A stretch of 64,000 bases of DNA from an uncultured Chloroflexia bacterium (GTDB lineage Bacteria > Chloroflexota > Limnocylindria > Limnocylindrales > CSP1-4), in assembly GCA_963740825.1 (NCBI GenBank), contig CAVUFD010000001.1, forward strand, positions 2,625,543-2,689,542, in the 5' to 3' direction. Shown here piece by piece: positions 60,029 to 64,000 of the stretch (the stretch's first letter is position 1; each line of letters starts with the position of its first letter). A program made the translations under genes and the position numbers. The notes under the pieces are model-generated. The model was not told the origin of the DNA. It worked only from the letters and a program-made list of their open reading frames with translations, and searched no databases.

Positions 60029-60686
60029 ATGGCAGGAACGAGAGCGCCGCGATCGCTCCGGAGGGCGCCTCCAGCCAGCCGCGGATCGTTCGCCCGTCGA
60101 CCGGGTAGGCCGCGCGCAGCATCGCACGGTGCGCCCCGACTCGACGCTGGTTGGTCCGACTGCCGGCAATCACGAGCCAGACGGACACGGCGGCGGGCTT
60201 CCAGCCACGATCGGCGGCGATCTGCGCCGCGAGCCGGCGCTTCCGATCGAGCGTTCCGACCGTCTCCTGGACGTCGACGAGGTCGGTCTTGAGCTCGATG
60301 ACCAGCAGGGTTCGACTCGCAGCGTGCCATGCCAGGATGTCGATGACGCCGCGCTCGCGGTAGATGGCGAATGAGACCTCGGGCGCGATGACCCACTCCG
60401 GTAGCGCCTCGAACATCCGCGCAACCTCGTCGTGCATGCCTGAGTGGCGTCCGGCGAGCAGGCGGTCGAGCTCCGCGCCATCCCACCATGTCTGGAGGTT
60501 GTTCCTGATACCGAGCTCGTCGAACACGCGCTCGAGCGTGTCGACCGTTACGCCGCCGATTCGCCCGCGCTCGATGCGCGAGATCGTCTGCTGCGACAGC
60601 CCGACGAGCGTGGCGAGGTCGACCTGACGGATCCGCCGCCTGATGCGCACGACCCGGATCGACCGCCCGATCCTCCCGTGGTCCAT
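59943..60686 (-). CDS. XRE-family HTH regulator fused to a PD-(D/E)xK nuclease-like C-terminal domain
   Basis: ATG at 60686. HTH QVDLATLVGLSQQTISRIERG. C-terminal GVIDILAWH...LLVIELKTD fits D...(D/E)xK. The long upstream ORF extension is low-complexity. Confidence 0.65.
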   Translation of the reverse strand: MDHGRIGRSIRVVRIRRRIRQVDLATLVGLSQQTISRIERGRIGGVTVDTLERVFDELGIRNNLQTWWDGAELDRLLAGRHSGMHDEVARMFEALPEWVIAPEVSFAIYRERGVIDILAWHAASRTLLVIELKTDLVDVQETVGTLDRKRRLAAQIAADRGWKPAAVSVWLVIAGSRTNQRRVGAHRAMLRAAYPVDGRTIRGWLEAPSGAIAALSFLPSTRGTSANREFAPVRRVSGRRPSVDPRR

Positions 60687-60766
60687 CGGCCAAGCATCCC
60701 GCCGTCTGCTCACCCCTGACTTATTGGCCCCGAGCTGGCGGTGGACGGCGTGGCGATGGCCGGTGC

Positions 60767-60788
60767 ACAATAGAACATGCGTTCTGTT
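60767..60788. promoter_or_regulatory. 22-bp palindrome CAATAGAAC-ATGC-GTTCTGTTG, candidate autoregulatory operator of the XRE gene
   Basis: 9-bp arms with one mismatch around a 4-bp centre, 81 bp upstream of the XRE start in the 520-bp XRE/nrdJ divergent intergenic region. Confidence 0.35.
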
Positions 60789-60906
60789 GATAACCGGCGG
60801 GGCGACGGTGGACAGGCCACGATGACGATGTGGACGACCCGCCGGCGAGCGTGGAGGAAGGCAAGCTGAACGTGGACCGGGCGGGGACGGATCGGCAACC
60901 CCGCTG

Positions 60907-60955
60907 CTACAACATGTTGCGATGCGATCGATCGTCGGACCACTACATCTTGTGG
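60907..60955. promoter_or_regulatory. Two NrdR-box-like 16-bp palindromes spaced 33 bp apart upstream of nrdJ
   Basis: ctaCAACATGTTGcga (60907-22) and ccACTACATCTTGTGG (60940-55) both fit acaCwAtATaTwGtgt. Centre-to-centre spacing of 33 bp matches paired NrdR boxes; about 250 bp upstream of the nrdJ ATG. Confidence 0.4.
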
Positions 60956-61206
60956 TTTTGGGCTTGACCGACGCCATCCAGCCACGTACAGTTTGACGGT
61001 CGCCCCACCGCCGGACGACCCTCGAAACGCCCGCCGGAACGGCCGCCAAGCCCGGACGGATGACGCCAGAGACCGCCGGCGACGAGACGGCCCGACGGAC
61101 GGACTCGCAGCTACGCGTCACCCCATCCCGTGACCGCGAGTCGGCAGGTCAGCCGGAGCCCAGGGAAGGCCCGCGGAGGGTGCGGGAACGGAGGAGACGG
61201 AACGAG

Positions 61207-64000
<2,794 letters not shown>

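Noticed and set aside
44290-60030. CRISPR array interpretation of the two repeat clusters.
   Set aside because: The repeats are short (19 bp), degenerate and palindromic with irregular about 51-bp spacing, there are only five per cluster, and no cas genes lie nearby.
60688-61206. Cobalamin riboswitch upstream of nrdJ.
   Set aside because: No B12-box-like conserved segment was recognised. B12 riboswitches typically control B12-independent isozymes, not the B12-dependent NrdJ itself. NrdR-box-like sites explain the region better.

Overview
High-GC (~70%+) chromosomal segment with actinobacterial-style gene organisation: very high GC3, frequent GTG/TTG starts, many 4-bp ATGA/GTGA start-stop overlaps, and NrdR-box-like sites upstream of a class II RNR. 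About 58 genes are called. Core metabolism: pgm, glgC, pepA, adenosine deaminase, nrdJ (cut by the window end), ccsB, a MalK/MsiK-type ABC ATPase, arylsulfatase, pirin, and an FAD oxidase. Regulatory/transport modules: an ABC-2 transporter with a HisKA_3 kinase and LuxR regulator, a MacB/FtsX-type ABC pair, a TetR regulator divergent from a DUF2568 gene with two palindromic operators, and a Bat-like MoxR-DUF58-VWA-VWA operon. One tRNA-His(GTG) is present. Two insertion sequences: an IS481-family element inserted exactly at the overlapping stop codons of two convergent genes with an 8-bp target duplication, and an IS110-family element with an apparent +1 frameshift and a structured 5' leader. 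Less usual content: three paralogous gluzincin (HExxH..E) metallopeptidases, two of them tandem and membrane-anchored in a putative operon with a YbjN-like protein and a TPR protein; a C39-like cysteine-peptidase-fold protein translationally coupled to a small very acidic protein, divergent from a secreted CAP-domain protein; orphan TadE plus TadG-VWA pilus genes; and two clusters, 15 kb apart, of a degenerate 19-bp palindrome (GCACTCG-N5-CGAGTAC) repeated at about 51-bp periodicity (5 + 5 copies). No CRISPR array, integrase or prophage was seen.
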